This document shows, piece after piece, positions 1 to 13,093 of a stretch of DNA of 64,000 bases. How positions within the stretch are numbered: the stretch's first letter is position 1; each line of letters opens with the position of its first letter. Under the pieces are notes generated by a model, which saw only the letters and a list, made by a program, of their open reading frames with translations, did not search any database and was not told the origin of the DNA. Both the position numbers and the translations under genes were made by a program. This DNA is from Marsupella aquatica (Eukaryota > Plantae > Marchantiophyta): contig OZ316891.1 in NCBI GenBank assembly GCA_973895155.1, forward strand, positions 32,375,208 to 32,439,207, read 5' to 3'.

Positions 1-1624
1 TCTACAAACGTCACAAAATATCTGGCTCCACCCAACGACGGCTCCGGCGCTGGACCCCAAACATCCGAATGTACATACTCAAGAATTTCATGAGAATGGT
101 ATGAACTAGAACTGAAACTCACTCTCCTCTGCTTGCCAAAGATGCAATCTTCACAGAAAGAGAGTTTACCAGATTGAGCGCCTTGAAACAAATCTCTGTT
201 TTCCAAGGCTGCCAATCCTTTACCACTCAAGTGCCCCAACCGTGCATGCCACAAATCTATGGCTTGTGTGCGACCAGATGTTGAGGGTGCTTCAATTGAA
301 GCAGCCGTAGATGACTCTACAACAGATGTTGCCGCTGCATCCAAACATTCCACCACATAATCCACATGCTCCACTCTAGGAGCAATGACATCTCCTTCCA
401 AGATGTACAAATTATTCTGCCGTAGCGCCTTAATCAAAGATACATCATCTTTGACGACAAAGAGCGCACCATCACGTGCAATGAAATGAGATCCACCAGC
501 TTCCAAAGCACCAAGAGAAATCAAATTCTTAGAGATGTCTGGTATGTGTCTGACTCCCATCAGTGCTCGCACAACACCATCAAACATCCGGAATTTGATA
601 GTCCCCATGCCAACAATCGCACATCGGACTCCATTTCCGATTTCCACAGTACCGGTACAAGGTTGGTAAGTGGAGAAATATGATTGCGTTGGACACACGT
701 GATAAGAGGAACCCGAATCCAACATCCATTTATTGTCATACACAGAATTCACAGCACCAATACATAGCACTTCAGCAGCATCCTCATTATCAGCAATCAC
801 AATACCAGCCGACGATGAGGACGCACCATTGGAAGCAGGATGCTTCTGCTTTGACAGAGAAGGATAATTCCACTTGGTGTGGCCCTTCTCATGGCAATGC
901 CAACACTGCACTTTCTTACTACGGGACTTAGATTTAGATCTACTATGTGATTTAGATCTAGATTGATCCGTAGTACGCTCCGTCGATCTGCCTCTAACCA
1001 CTAGGGCAGCAGACTCATTGTCACGGCCAGAAAGTTGTCGCTTGCCCCATTTTGCAAGAATGGTAGCCTTTACCTCATCCAGCTTCAACGTAGACTTGTC
1101 ATGTGTGATGACTGTCACCAACGTCGAATAGCTCTGAGGAAGCGACATCAACAAATGCATCGCAAGATACTCATCGATCAACTTGTCTCCCGCCGTGGCC
1201 ACCTCGTGCACAATCTCATCAAAGAGACTGAGGTGATCACGCATGTTGCCACCATCCTTCAACTTCAACCTGAACAGCCGCTCCAAGTGATAAATGCGAG
1301 TAGTCAACGAAGTACTCTGGTATAGCTGAGTAAGCATATCCCAGATTTTCTTGGCATTCCAATCCATCCCCAACACGTTCTTGAGAATGTTGTTTGCCAG
1401 AACAACTCAATTGTGCTACACGCCTGCACCGACATGTCCTCCCACTCCTCATCTGTTAGATTCGAGGGTTTCACTCCAGTGAGGGTCTTCTCAAGACCCT
1501 GCTGGATCAACACATTGGTCACCTTCCGAGTCCAGAGGCTGAAGCTGACCTTCCCGTCAAACTTCTCCACCTCAAACTTTGGCGCCGCAAGCTTTCTTGA
1601 AGTCATTGATGCTGCCACAAACAC
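1..1624 (-). pseudogene. Copia gag-PR-INT polyprotein, frameshifted
   Basis: KFEVEKFDGKVSFSLW gag start (ORF 1304-1624); protease WMLDSGSSYHVCP at ~690-730; LWHARLGH at ~230-255; integrase LEYVHSDVWGPAP at ~45-85. The frame is broken several times. Confidence 0.88.
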
Positions 1625-3237
1625 ACAGGAAACACAACCGAAATACCTCCACCCAAAAAGTCACCAAAAAATGAAAGTTGGTGAAAGTGGAAATGGAATG
1701 CACTGCCGCGTAGCCTGCAAGGTACACTACCAAGATCTGAAAATGATTTGGCAAAAAACTTCTCCAGCGAAAACTTATTCAACCCGGACCGGAGGGGGGT
1801 CAAAATGGCCGTTTTGACCCCCGTCGGGTATCTTAGGTCCCGAAAAAATTTCGCAATAGTTAAATGCAAATCGATTTCACAGGCCCGTGCTCAACTCCCT
1901 TGAGTATCCCCTTGCAAAGCAGTGCGAAAAAATTCTGCCTCAACAACCGCCGAATTCGGAAATTTTGTCCAAAATTCAGCTCTCTGGAAAAGTATCTTTC
2001 GGAGGGAATCAAAGTACAGTCAAATTTTACAGCAGAAGAAATGTGGAGCCAACACCTGTCCACCTGGGAAGTAAGAGTAATCGCGGAGAGAAAAAGAAAA
2101 GAACAAAAAAAAATGAAGACTAGGGACGAGAGTTCGTCCCTACCGACCTCAAAAAATTCTTTAAAAAAACTTTTCCGTGCCTTGCCCTCCCGCACATAGG
2201 GTCGCGCATTGACCCTTTAAATACTTCCTCGTACCCTCCTTAAATGCACCTGAGCCCTCCTGGCTAGCTCGTACATTTATAGGGCCTCGTGCCCTTGAAA
2301 CCACTTAAGTGCTCCCGAAAGGAGGGAGCATTAAAACTCCCCTCTCACCCCTTCTCCAAGCTGCAGCATAGGGCCTTGAGCCTAATTAAAAACTCCCAAG
2401 GGAAAGGAGTGCTCGCTCCCCCTCTCCCCCTCTTCAATGCTCATAGGGCCTTGTGCCCAAAGAAAATGACTCCCGTAAGAAGGGAGCACAAATCCTTCCC
2501 TTCCCACTTAATGCAGTACTTTCAAGTACTGTACTTGCAGGTACAGTTGTACCTGCTCACACCTTGGGCCTGCAGGAAAATACTCCCGTGAGGAGGGAGC
2601 TCCCTCTTCCCACTGTACCTTCGGGTACAGTTGTACCCCGCCCACCTGCTTGTGCCTTTGGCCTCGTACCGCCACGTATAGGCGTATGTATGATGGGGCT
2701 TGTACACTCACCCTGGTAGTCCTCTCGTACTTTCCTGCCGCTCTGCCGAAAAATGTTGCGCAGCGGCGACTCGAGAGAAAAGCCCAACAAGCAAAATTTT
2801 GCAACTTTGGCTTACGAAAACTTGACTTTTAACGAGAAGGAAAACGGCCCCACTGGCCCCACAACGAGAAGAGTCGAAACATAAACAAAGCATAACCTAG
2901 AGCATCAAGCTCTTAACAGCAAACTCAAGATGAGATTACTCCGCACTCGGAAAACGAAAAGTAATGAAACTTTCGCCAGAACTTAGTGCATACCGACGTG
3001 CATAGAAGATCGTTGGACTGGACACCCAACAATCCCTTCAGAAAAACACAGTGACACATCCAACACTTCAAAGAAGTTACAATTGGAAAACCGTCACCCT
3101 TTCTGAACACGAATCCTTCAAAATGAAACGGCCAGTGAAAAGATCACGCAACCGTCGACGACGATTCAATCTTTCACCACGATCCAACACAACGATCGCT
3201 CTCATCACTGCCCAGGCCACCGAACCACGAACACGAA

Positions 3238-3249
3238 GCTCTGATACCA
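3238..3249 (-). promoter_or_regulatory. Primer binding site, tRNA-iMet
   Basis: Minus strand reads TGGTATCAGAGC, 2 nt from the LTR end. Confidence 0.93.
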
Positions 3250-3251
3250 CT

Positions 3252-3546
3252 TGTAAGAAACCGTCGGCTCCGGACTAGACAACAATGCGGAAACATGAGA
3301 GACACTCAATCAGACGCTACACCGACGAGACCACCCGAGTGGAGAAACTCCTGAAGGCTCCATAGCAAATGAGAGTACATGTGAAGAATGAGGGAGAGAG
3401 TGCTCTCCCTCCAGCCTATACCCCCCAAGGGGGCCAAGATGAGTGGGCCTAAACTAAGCGGATCTTATCCTAATGTAATCTAGGGTTAAAACTAACCCGA
3501 GTAAGGCCAAGCTAACTATGTCGGGAACTAGAGTCAATTCCTAACA
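3252..3546 (-). repeat. 5' LTR of the copia element (~295 bp)
   Basis: TG...CA ends (TGTAAG at 3252, CTAACA at 3546), adjacent to the PBS. The partner LTR is outside the window. Confidence 0.8.
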
Positions 3547-3816
3547 GGTATGAGTGCTATTGGAGCCGATAAGGTTCCGTCAGGTTTGTGTGAGAGGGTA
3601 CTTCTCACTTGTGAAACATTGAAAGGTCATCTTTCAATGTTGAGCCTTGGAGAGAGAGGAGCTTGAGTGTGGCTATGGTGGCTGTGAGCTCCGCTTGTGT
3701 AACGTGGATTCCTTGAGTAGTGCAAGGTGCGTTGGCTTGACATACGTGTGTGATCGGATCGGTGCGGGATCGATGGGGTATTGTTGACCGGGATCGTTGT
3801 GCCGATTGTATTGAGA

Positions 3817-6800
3817 TTATTGTGGGTTTTGGACATGTGTGGACATGAGTTCCACTTGTATTCCATTCTCTTGTGTTTGTGATGTGGCAGTGTGACTATG
3901 TCTGGATGTATGAGACAAGCGATGTATGTTGTGTAGCGATATGTATGCGCACGACACACAAATTAACAATACTACAAAATGACAAGACATGTTGATATCA
4001 TGGAAAGCCTGCACAGAAATCATGTTCTTCTCTGTGATAGATCCAGCATTCCCTGTCATAGAATGATCACCATACCTCAACCATAGCCTCCACAATCGGA
4101 AGAACCAAGATACCTTTGATGCCAAGACAACACGGGTTCTTAGGTCATGCTTAACAGAGAAGAAAATATCTATGTAGTTTGCACAAACCTCCAAGTATAT
4201 CATGGTCCCAAAGCTTTTGTCATGACAAACATCTCGTCGCTCATACATATGATGCAGGCAGGCCTGCACTCTCCTTGAAGCTATTTGTTGTGGGCCAGCC
4301 CAATTTTGTCTATCTGTCCTATTCACATCATCCCAATGCAAACCATGCTCATGAATTGCATAATGGTTATAAACAGATATGACATATGACAAAGATGCAT
4401 GCTGATCACCAAGAACTAACATAGCAGACACTCGGTCCAATGGGTTAATTGCCTTCTTGCCATTGTGAGGTGGGTCTTGGTCTCCAAAACCATATAGATC
4501 TCCATTCGGAAGTATGGACACTGAGTATTGCCACCCAACCCATCCTACACTGTACCTAGGAAAGGAACCATTCATAGCAGTATAATCTTCCATCATCAAT
4601 TTCCTACAACGAGCATCACCATCACTAGCATGGCCCAACAAAGGACCAACACTGTCTCTGCAATGTGTGTCCCACATGGACTTCAGCTGCACCCAATGCT
4701 CTCTTACCCAGGGAGCTCTAAACTTGTTACATGTTGGTAGAACACACAATGCCAATTTAGGCATCTTTGCATGTAGAGGATTGACAATGATTACTCTAGC
4801 ATACATGCCTTTGGCATACTACTCAAAAGTACTTACAGTCTTGTCATACCCTTCAGTACCTGCTCCAACCAGTACTTCCAAGCCAAAAGAACATGTGTGC
4901 TCCTCTAAGGGGCCACAGAAACCAATGAGGGTGTCATATTTAGCTTCCCATCTGTCACACACAATACAATACAGACATCAGCTCATGATGTGCAAACTCA
5001 TCCAACACATTGAAAAGAACAAGCTAATTTACTACAGAGACAAAAACACAAACCTGGGTCTCTCTTTTATCCTTGTTTCATCCTCAGCAAACATTACTGG
5101 TACATCTCCTGAAATTCCAAGTGACTGCTTTGATGCACATAGTACTCTGCACACCTCCTGGAATATCTCTTTTTGAATGCCAGCTCTAAAGGGTGGTAGT
5201 TTTGCTCTATCACATTTAAAGGTCTTCAGACCTGGACCACCTAGGTTTGCCTAGAAACAATGAGCCACTTGTCTACCTCCAAACTGGAACATGGCTTGGG
5301 AAAAGGCCTTGGTTCTCTTACTGTATCGATAACCCTTAGCAACTCTCTGCAAGTTCTTAGCTACATCTGTCAGGAAATCCCACAACCCTTCCTTGCCCCC
5401 AAAAGCACCACGCCTATGTCCATTAACATAGAGTGCAAGTGAGGTTTTCAAAACCACGTCCATTAATGGACACCCTGTGACATTGCTTGTGCCTAAAACA
5501 ACCTTGTATACCAATAACTGACTGGCTAGTTACATTGAAAACCTCAGCACAGGTGGTACGGTCACAGTCCCAGACATTCCCTCCCTCTTGATCATCAAGT
5601 ATGCCCTTCTCAGCCATAGAATCCCCTGTCCACTTGACCTCTGACTCCCACAGGCCCCAACAAAGCAAACTTAAACTTGGCTCAACGGAGGAATACAACC
5701 CACCTCTGCCTGAACTGCTCCTTGCAGCAGAGCTGTCCTCTCTAAAGAAATTCAGAATAGAATTTTGAGATGGAAACAGATCACGAGCATCAGGCTTCCT
5801 TGGTCTCCCCTTCTTCCCTGCCCTCAGTGCAGCCTGGGTACTGGTGACGATGTTCTCAAGTGCATCCATATGATCTCGACTGACAAGGTGTTGCCTTAAA
5901 TTGTGTTCCAAATTGGATTTCTTAGGGCACATGTCAGTATGTAGCTTGCCACAGACTATACATCTCACCTTAAACAGGAATGACCTCTGTGCAAATGTTG
6001 GATCAATGGGAGATGGTGTGATAGAGAACACTTCTACCACCCCACCTACCTTTGCATTCAACTTTCCCACAATTTCCACACCAGCCCCTATTTGCATACT
6101 ATGATCAAACAGTGGTTGCTGTATAGTGTCAGCAGCCGTCACCAAAGCTCTAGCTAAACCCCTTCGCTTACACCAGTTCTTCTTGTGTTTAGGGTTGGTC
6201 AGGTGCTTTGTCTTGAAGTTGCTAAAGCAATTTGCGATGGACTTGAGCACCTGTGAAGTGGCTGCATTCCCATAAGTCTCCCTACACTCTAAGCATTCAA
6301 GATGACCTCGACACTCCCCTCCCTCATCCCACGTCTGCACTTTCCACTTGTGCTCACCAAAGCCCTTCTGGTTTACCCAGGATTGTAGCTTCAACCACTC
6401 ATCATTCCATGCCTTTGATGCAACCTCAAACATGAGGTGAGACTCAAAGGAGCCTGTGACAGGCTGTACAGTAGCCTGTACTGGCACCCCTTGTGTTTGT
6501 CCTTGAGACAATGGAGTCGTGCCTGCCACATTGGACACAGTGGCAGCAGATGAATGAGAGGAACCAATAGTGACCCTCTCCGTAGGCAAGGCAACTGAGG
6601 GTAATTCTGCAATCACGTAAATTGTCCCTTTTAGTTCAGTCACCCCAACAGTCTTCTCTGAAAAGCGTTGGACTCGACCAGGCAACCTCTCATCCCAAAA
6701 ATCAAAGTCAAACTTTACTGCACCAACACATTTTAGACAAAAATCTGCCAGAGTCTGCCCTTCTTTGAAGGACATGACACAGATTGGCGTATCAGGCTTT

Positions 6801-6829
6801 CCTCCCTCCTCTCCATTTTGTTCAACCAA
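3817..6829 (-). pseudogene. P-element-like DDE transposase with two N-terminal C2H2 (U1/matrin-like) zinc fingers, disrupted
   Basis: ORFs 5423-6829 (CLEC...HLTNPKH, CIVC...HLVSRDH), 5251-5514 and 3817-4806. Motifs VMFAEDET (~5075-5095), SDGD, DPPHNGKKAINPL and DRQNW resemble the P/THAP9 RNase-H fold. Stop at 5251, a frameshift near 5450-5514, and a probable intron at ~4955-5055. Confidence 0.55.
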
Positions 6830-6925
6830 ATACTTAGGTCCCTTTCATTCATCGAAATACTTAAGTCCATAGCATTCAACCAAATACTTAAGTCCATAGC
6901 ATTCAACCAAATACTTAAGTTCATA
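6821..6925. repeat. 27-bp tandem repeat, ~4 copies
   Basis: Unit TTCAACCAAATACTTAAGTCCATAGCA. Confidence 0.9.
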
Positions 6926-7006
6926 TAATTTAGGTTGTCTTATGGGTCCACTACAAAAAAGGTTGAAGTTTGTAAGATGGTGGAATTTGTAGCAGTCATT
7001 ATGTGT

Positions 7007-7690
7007 CTAGTCATGGGTACTAGGGATATCAAAACCCTTTGGAATGACATGGTGATTATAGTAAATCATGTGCCACTGTCCAATGTCCCAGGTGTCTCGG
7101 CCCCTCACCCCTCTCCTCAAGTGCTTGTCTGCTGTTGGTCCTTCATCACAACACCATGCACGAGGGCATCTATGACATTGGACAAAGTCCCAAATGCCCT
7201 CCCGATACTCCTTACAGACCTCACAGTAATGTCGTGGGCATATAAAAGCATCGGGATGTGCATCAGGGTTATCTGGATGGCGGGTGAATGACATTTTCCC
7301 CAATTGCAGAAGTGTCCGGAGGCAACCCACATGGTAAAATGAGTAGCAATCATCATGAGAACACTAGACCACAAGGGGCTCGTCTGTGCTGGGTCTCAAG
7401 GTTCTGCCAAGGAGCCCACAACCAAAACATCTTCCTCTATTTTGCTAACAGAGGTCACAAAGCCAAGCTGCAGCCCAATCATGACCTCTAGAAATGACAA
7501 TGCGCTGACATGTAGGTCCATGGCCATCTTCTTCATCAGGGTTGTGGCCATCAACTACATAATGAAAATGGCAACCACAAGGGCCATCAAGAACAAAACA
7601 GTTCCTCCCTTGTCACATTCAAAACAGCAAGGGGGATCCATACGAAGGTGCTCCATATGCCCAAATCTTGGATCTAGCAACTGACGAGCG
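7007..7690 (-). pseudogene. NSD-type PHD/Cys-His finger fragments
   Basis: FICPRHYCEVCK...QCHRCPRAWC in ORF 7007-7330; CCFECDKGG upstream at ~7605-7630; frameshifted. Confidence 0.5.
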
Positions 7691-8709
7691 ATGTGTGCCA
7701 TGCTGAACAAGATCTGCAAAATTACCTTCAAAAATTAGGGACAGGCATGTGATGTACCAGAAGGAGCAACAGTCCACCAGCAATCACAGCCAGTAGCCTC
7801 CACAAGGGGCATCACTTCCTTGTGGGCTCCTTTGATCCATCCTACAATATGAGGAATGCAGATTAGAAGTCAGCAACTTGAATGTGCATCATCATCACGG
7901 GCAGAACCTGCACGTGTCCCACCACAGACACAATCATTGATGAAATGACAAGTATTCCATGCTAGGCAACCGCCCCATGCCATTCTTGCCATGTACTGTG
8001 CAAAAGTCTGCACTATGTTTGAGTGACCTCCCCTACAACAATCACATGTTTGGGTGTGACAATGGAGACAAGCCTCCAGGAAGACACAGTCCTCATCCAA
8101 CACCCCAAGTGTCTGTTTAACATACTGTTTGGGACTAGTGGGGATGTATTCAGCCTCCTGTAATGGTGGTGAGGCAGACTTGGATAGCCCCAGGTCACAA
8201 CACAGTTTGCAGGCACGACCCCATTGTGAATCATCTTCACACGGAATCGCTCACCCTTCTGTTGATGGTACTCAGACAATGCATTGCGTGTCACAACCAT
8301 CTTTAGTGCACCTAGACTGAGATTGTGCTCACTCCAACAAAATGACAAGGCAACAACAAACAGGGTACGGGGGCCAACCTTTGCTCGGACCCTAAACTTC
8401 CCCACTTTCTGCCTTGCGCTAGAATGTCCCTGCAAAACAAAGCAACTAATTTTTAAAAACCTACACACCAAAGGAACTACACACTGCTCCAAGAACCAAA
8501 CAGCAAATCTGCAAAGAATTGCAGTAGACAAGCAACGCTTTATTAAATTGCTCCAAAACTGAGAAAGGTTACATTTATAGTAAGCTAAACACATTTACGT
8601 TTTGGCATGATCAAGTTTACACTTCTCCAAACTGCACCTGCCTTATCCTGTTTCATCTTTTCTACTGTTCTCTTAGTGTAGTCTACCTCAGACTCTACCT
8701 CAGTCAACA

Positions 8710-9021
8710 TTAAGTTGAAAGGGCCTTCTTCCAATAGGGCTCCTGCTTTGAGGGATTTGCACATCCATTCAAATGAGACAACTTTTTCAATGCCTGCTCT
8801 TGAATGAGTGAATTAACACCAGACCATGTCCACTTGGACATGACTGCTCTCCAAGAACCAGCAATAATGTGAGTGGTGTTGCTGGAAGCAACAATGCAAA
8901 GCTGACCATGACGTTCAATTAGCTTTCTATGGAAAACTTCAAAACGGGCTCTTGAAAATTCATTTGGAACTAAGAAGGCATTCACACCTTGAAAAATTGG
9001 CTTCAAAACTGAACAGGGCAA
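8710..9021 (-). pseudogene. BRCT-like domain fragment (DNA polymerase lambda N-terminus-like)
   Basis: IFQGVNAFLV...RARFEVFHRKLIERHG...THIIA matches the BRCT pattern. The upstream part is interrupted by LTR insertions. Confidence 0.5.
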
Positions 9022-9050
9022 AACCTTTGGTGCAGACTCATATCTACAAC

Positions 9051-12000
9051 TGTCACGTCATCCGCCTTGGCCGTAACTCAGGCTTAAGCTTTAAACGGGC
9101 ATCTCCTTCGTAAAAATGAGGGTTCGGGCAGGGAGGGAAGCGCGTCATGCACCTAATTCACGAAAACTAGCGCTAAGTGCGCCTACTGTTAGATACGGAC
9201 ATCTCCTAGGTATGGTTTGTGTTCCGCCGCCGGAACATACCTTAGTCGATAACAGGATCGACCCCGGCTTAAGGACTTCTAAGCCTTCGTGTTGTCCGCC
9301 TTTGATCCGGATTCTATGATACAGGTCCTCAACCCGTGCTCGCAACCACATACCCGCAGGTTGCACCCCGTGCACGACTTGGGTAGTGCGTTCGGCCCCG
9401 GCGTTGTCACCTATACACAAGATTCACACACACACATACATGCGCACAAGCATACAATCTCGATTTACATGAAGGAAATAATGGGAAAGGATTTTACTAC
9501 ATAGGGGACATGTGCGTACACTTGGTTGACTTGATAGCTCCGGAATGAATAGGTTCAAGGCCGAGAGAGTATACTACAACAGAGCCCGGCTCCGCACTCG
9601 CCTGACGAGCTTAGTCCTACCCCCTCCCCTTGGTACTCTTTCATTCCCAGAGGTCGGGACTCCCCGCACATACCACGGATGTCCAACTCTGAGACTAAAA
9701 CCCCCCCTTGCCTCTACCGAGGGGTGCACTAAATACTAAGGGCTGGGGAACGGAGTGTCCTCCCGCCCGAAGATCCGCTGACTTAGGTCCTAACTAATCT
9801 GACCGTCAGGCCAAAAAACGGCCGTGTCTTATTAGAAGATCCTAATCTATGCAGGCTGGACAGCACGGCAGTGCTGCTGTAACTAAGGTAGGTGCCTGTC
9901 CCAATAGCCTGACTTTAGCTACTCCTAACCCTATTCTATTCCTACTCCGCTGCTAATGTCTGGCACGCTTGCCAGAGCCGCCCGAGTGGGAGCGGTCTTC
10001 CCGCTGTCTGCAAAGCCTGTCGTTGTCCGACTTGAGGAGCTGGACTTGGTCTAGCAGAGATTCGTTCTCTCACTTTGCCGCGTCCGTCTCCTCCGCTGCC
10101 TCCTGGCATGCCTCCTCCAGCTGCTGGGCGTTGCTAGTCAGCTTGCCTACCAACTGGTCCTGCTTATCGGCTTCGGCTTGTAGCGTGGCTATTTCTGTAG
10201 TGTCCCGTTGGGCTCGTTCTTTGGCCTCCTCCAAGTCTTTCTGCCAGATGACAGTTTGTTTCTTCAAACTGTCAATCTGGGACCGGAGCCGTGAAATCTT
10301 GGCCTCGTTCCCTGCTTTGGCCTGCTTGGCTAGGGCGGTAAGGGCATGCGCCTTTGCTAACGACTCGTCGGCGGCTGCGACCTTGGGTCGTAGTTGCAGA
10401 AGCTCCGCCTTCTGAGCCGCAACCTCGTTCTTTAAGTATACGGACTCCTCCCGGTATCGCTCTATCCTCTGAAGGGCCTCCGACTGGGCCCGACCGGCTT
10501 TTACTATGGCAACCAACTCCTGATTGAAGAAACAGGCTACCTTCCGGGCCATGAACTCCCCGGTATCCCGGGCAATTTGATGAGAGAAATCTCCCAGAAG
10601 CCCATTCAGAAATGTGCCCGGTACGAAGAGTTCTGGGTGGTCTAGGTTGTGCCTGTCCGGAGTTGGGCACGGGCAGACGTCAACACGCGCGGGGGCCGGG
10701 GCAGTGACATCCAGCCCTGGTGACGCGTTGGAAGGGGCTGGAGTGTCCTGCTGCTGCAATGTCCGGTTCTCCGGAATAGCCACCGCCGGGTCATTGGGGG
10801 GCCCGGGCTCGAGTAAGACCTCCGTTGTACCGACTTCTGTACTTAGCCCAGCCTGTTGGATCACATCTACGGTTGCGATAACCGACCCATCCGGTACCTC
10901 CTCGGTCACGACTACAGCTACTTGCGGGGGTGGGGTGGGTGAAGCTTGCGTGTCCGTTGGACTTCGTGCCTCGGGTTGGGGCCGTCTCTCCAAGGCCGGG
11001 AACACCCACCTAGCGGGGACCAGCCTTGCAATGTTGACACGGGGAAGGGTTTGTCGATCAAACCAAGCGTACCACTCAAGAATGATCTCGATGTGGCTAG
11101 CGAAATATGCCTTCCCGCCAATATATAGTGTCTTCTTTTGCTGCTCCATCTCTTCATGGAATTTCTTAGCAAAGTACGATGCCCACCTCCTGGGTCGATA
11201 GTTCTCGACCTGGATAACCTGGGCGGCGGAGATCTCCCCCCGGGGTTCCATCATGTGGAGAGCGTACCTTTGGAACTCCAGCCGCTCAGCTATCTCGGGC
11301 ATGAGGCAGGTCCTCATCACGAACCCGTTGTCCACTGCTCCCTCCAAAGGAAAACTTGAGGATTGGTACTTGGCTCCCTTGCCCCCGGGAGCCCGTGATT
11401 CGACTCGATGGTCACCTTCGGGTAGTCCGAAGATCATCTTGAGCCGTTCTTCCGTGAGGGACATATTCCTTCCCCGCAGCCGAGTCTGTTGACGTACGTC
11501 GTCATAATTCTTGACGAATTCTATCATGTCCTCCCCGTAGTACCTGCAAGTGTTCCAGGGGAGAGAGGTGAGGTGCTCAAATCCCTGAGTCTTCAGGTAC
11601 ACCGCATGCTTGGGATGGAGGATGTTGTTATGCACGTTTTCCCCCATGCGGTGCATTGTCACCTTGGCCACGGCTACCGTGGCCAATGGTAACCCAGATG
11701 CAGTGGTCGGTTCCTTCCTCTTCTTCCCCCGTGTCTGGCTCGGGGATGGTGACACCTCCCCATCCTCTCTATCGGGCACAGGTAGTGCTACCGCCGTTAG
11801 TAATGGGCCCGGGGCGGCCACGGTCATCGTGTTGTCTGCTGGACCCGCTCCGTGGGTCCGAGGAGGGGACGATGTAGTGTCGGCTCCCCAAGTGCTTGCT
11901 CCTCTTGGCCGCCTGAGCAAGGGTGGGGTAGGTTCGTCGTCGTCGCTAAGGTCCACAGCGTTGATAACGGAGCGTACTTGTACTGCTGGCGGGGCGATTG

Positions 12001-13028
12001 GCGGTGGGGGTTGGCTAGGCTGAGGCTGAGGCTGAGCCTGAACCTGAGTCTGCATTGGTATGGGTACGGGTATGGGGTCCATCGGGCTGGCGCCGGTGGT
12101 TGCGGGTCTAGTTCCCATGAAGCTCTGCAGGTGCTGGTAAAAGTTCTCCGAAACAAGTGCGGACAACCTTGTCGAACGGTTAGTACTGGACTCACTGTTG
12201 ATGATAGCCCAAACCTGAGCAGGGATGTGGTCGAAGTGATGTCGTTGCAAGTCGATCGTCCCCAGGATATTGAAGACCTCGTCCGGAAGCCGAAGCAATG
12301 CTTCCCAAAACCCGATATATTTGTCTCCGTTGAAGAAGTACCCAGATACCTCAGCTGGTCGGTAAAGCTCGCTCTGGGATGGGTAGTCAAAGTTAAGGAT
12401 GTAGTGGTGTCGTCCTGCTAGGCGGATGGCTCTCTCGTACTCGCGTTCTATTTCGTATCGGCGCGGGTTGGCGTGTTTCAATGAGTTGGCCAAGTGCCTT
12501 CCGGTAGATAGGAACTGCGTCCAGAATCGAATGGCCAAACTGGAGAGGATCGTGCGCGACATTTAGAGGAGATAGTAGTGGCGACTTAGAGAGAATGAGA
12601 GAGCTGGGATCAAAGCTGGCGCATGGACTGATGGACTGGTGCACTCCAAAGGGTCGGCTCCCTCTTTATACCTTGAGGGCTTGCCAATCCCCCATCATCT
12701 CCTCGTTGCCCATAGGCTGAACCGTTCACGCTTGTAGTGTACCGGCCACTCCGCCGGTCTGAGTCACCACGTGTCAGCGGATGCCTCCCAAAGTTTGTTA
12801 TACGGACCCGAGGGAGGGCCCCTCCACGCTTGTAACCCGGGCATGCGAATGGGGACGTGCCGCCAGCCCGAACATGAATTCCCCTTATTGACTAATGATT
12901 TCCTACTCATAATGGCTACCTAAATACTGTCGTTATGCTAATCATAGCGGCCTAAGATACCCCTAACGCGCATGCTAGGCACAGTTTAGACCAAATTACT
13001 CATTACTCGCCATACCGGCGGCGTCACA
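9051..13028 (-). mobile_element. Solo LTR, family B (3978 bp), protein-coding
   Basis: Ends TGTCAC...GTCACA; 5-bp TSD ACAAC at 9046-9050 and 13029-13033; no gag/pol inside. Confidence 0.85.
10070..12562 (-). CDS. LTR-encoded 830-aa protein (conserved plant-transposon-protein-like domain, Pro-rich linker, coiled coil)
   Basis: ATG-initiated ORF with a TATAAA ~100 nt upstream (12665-12670). Block LPW..EFVKNYD..TRLRG..SLT..IFGLPEG is shared with the family A and C ORFs. The frame stays open ~39 codons past the TGA, so this stop may be a recent CGA>TGA change. Confidence 0.75.
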   Translation of the reverse strand: MSRTILSSLAIRFWTQFLSTGRHLANSLKHANPRRYEIEREYERAIRLAGRHHYILNFDYPSQSELYRPAEVSGYFFNGDKYIGFWEALLRLPDEVFNILGTIDLQRHHFDHIPAQVWAIINSESSTNRSTRLSALVSENFYQHLQSFMGTRPATTGASPMDPIPVPIPMQTQVQAQPQPQPSQPPPPIAPPAVQVRSVINAVDLSDDDEPTPPLLRRPRGASTWGADTTSSPPRTHGAGPADNTMTVAAPGPLLTAVALPVPDREDGEVSPSPSQTRGKKRKEPTTASGLPLATVAVAKVTMHRMGENVHNNILHPKHAVYLKTQGFEHLTSLPWNTCRYYGEDMIEFVKNYDDVRQQTRLRGRNMSLTEERLKMIFGLPEGDHRVESRAPGGKGAKYQSSSFPLEGAVDNGFVMRTCLMPEIAERLEFQRYALHMMEPRGEISAAQVIQVENYRPRRWASYFAKKFHEEMEQQKKTLYIGGKAYFASHIEIILEWYAWFDRQTLPRVNIARLVPARWVFPALERRPQPEARSPTDTQASPTPPPQVAVVVTEEVPDGSVIATVDVIQQAGLSTEVGTTEVLLEPGPPNDPAVAIPENRTLQQQDTPAPSNASPGLDVTAPAPARVDVCPCPTPDRHNLDHPELFVPGTFLNGLLGDFSHQIARDTGEFMARKVACFFNQELVAIVKAGRAQSEALQRIERYREESVYLKNEVAAQKAELLQLRPKVAAADESLAKAHALTALAKQAKAGNEAKISRLRSQIDSLKKQTVIWQKDLEEAKERAQRDTTEIATLQAEADKQDQLVGKLTSNAQQLEEACQEAAEETDAAK

Positions 13029-13093
13029 ACAACCCATGGCACAGTCAACTCTAAAGCTAAAGGCCCTGTTGTCCTCTACAACAATGTGGAGCT

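Larger units (their letters stand above)
1..3546 (-). mobile_element. Ty1/copia LTR retrotransposon, 5' part (runs off the left edge)
   Basis: On the minus strand: LTR, tRNA-iMet PBS, long leader, gag, protease, GAG-pre-integrase and integrase, in copia order. Confidence 0.92.

Noticed and set aside
7740-8300. Degenerate SET domain upstream of the PHD fragments (CHFIND resembling RFINH)
   Set aside because: A single weak motif in broken frames; insufficient support.
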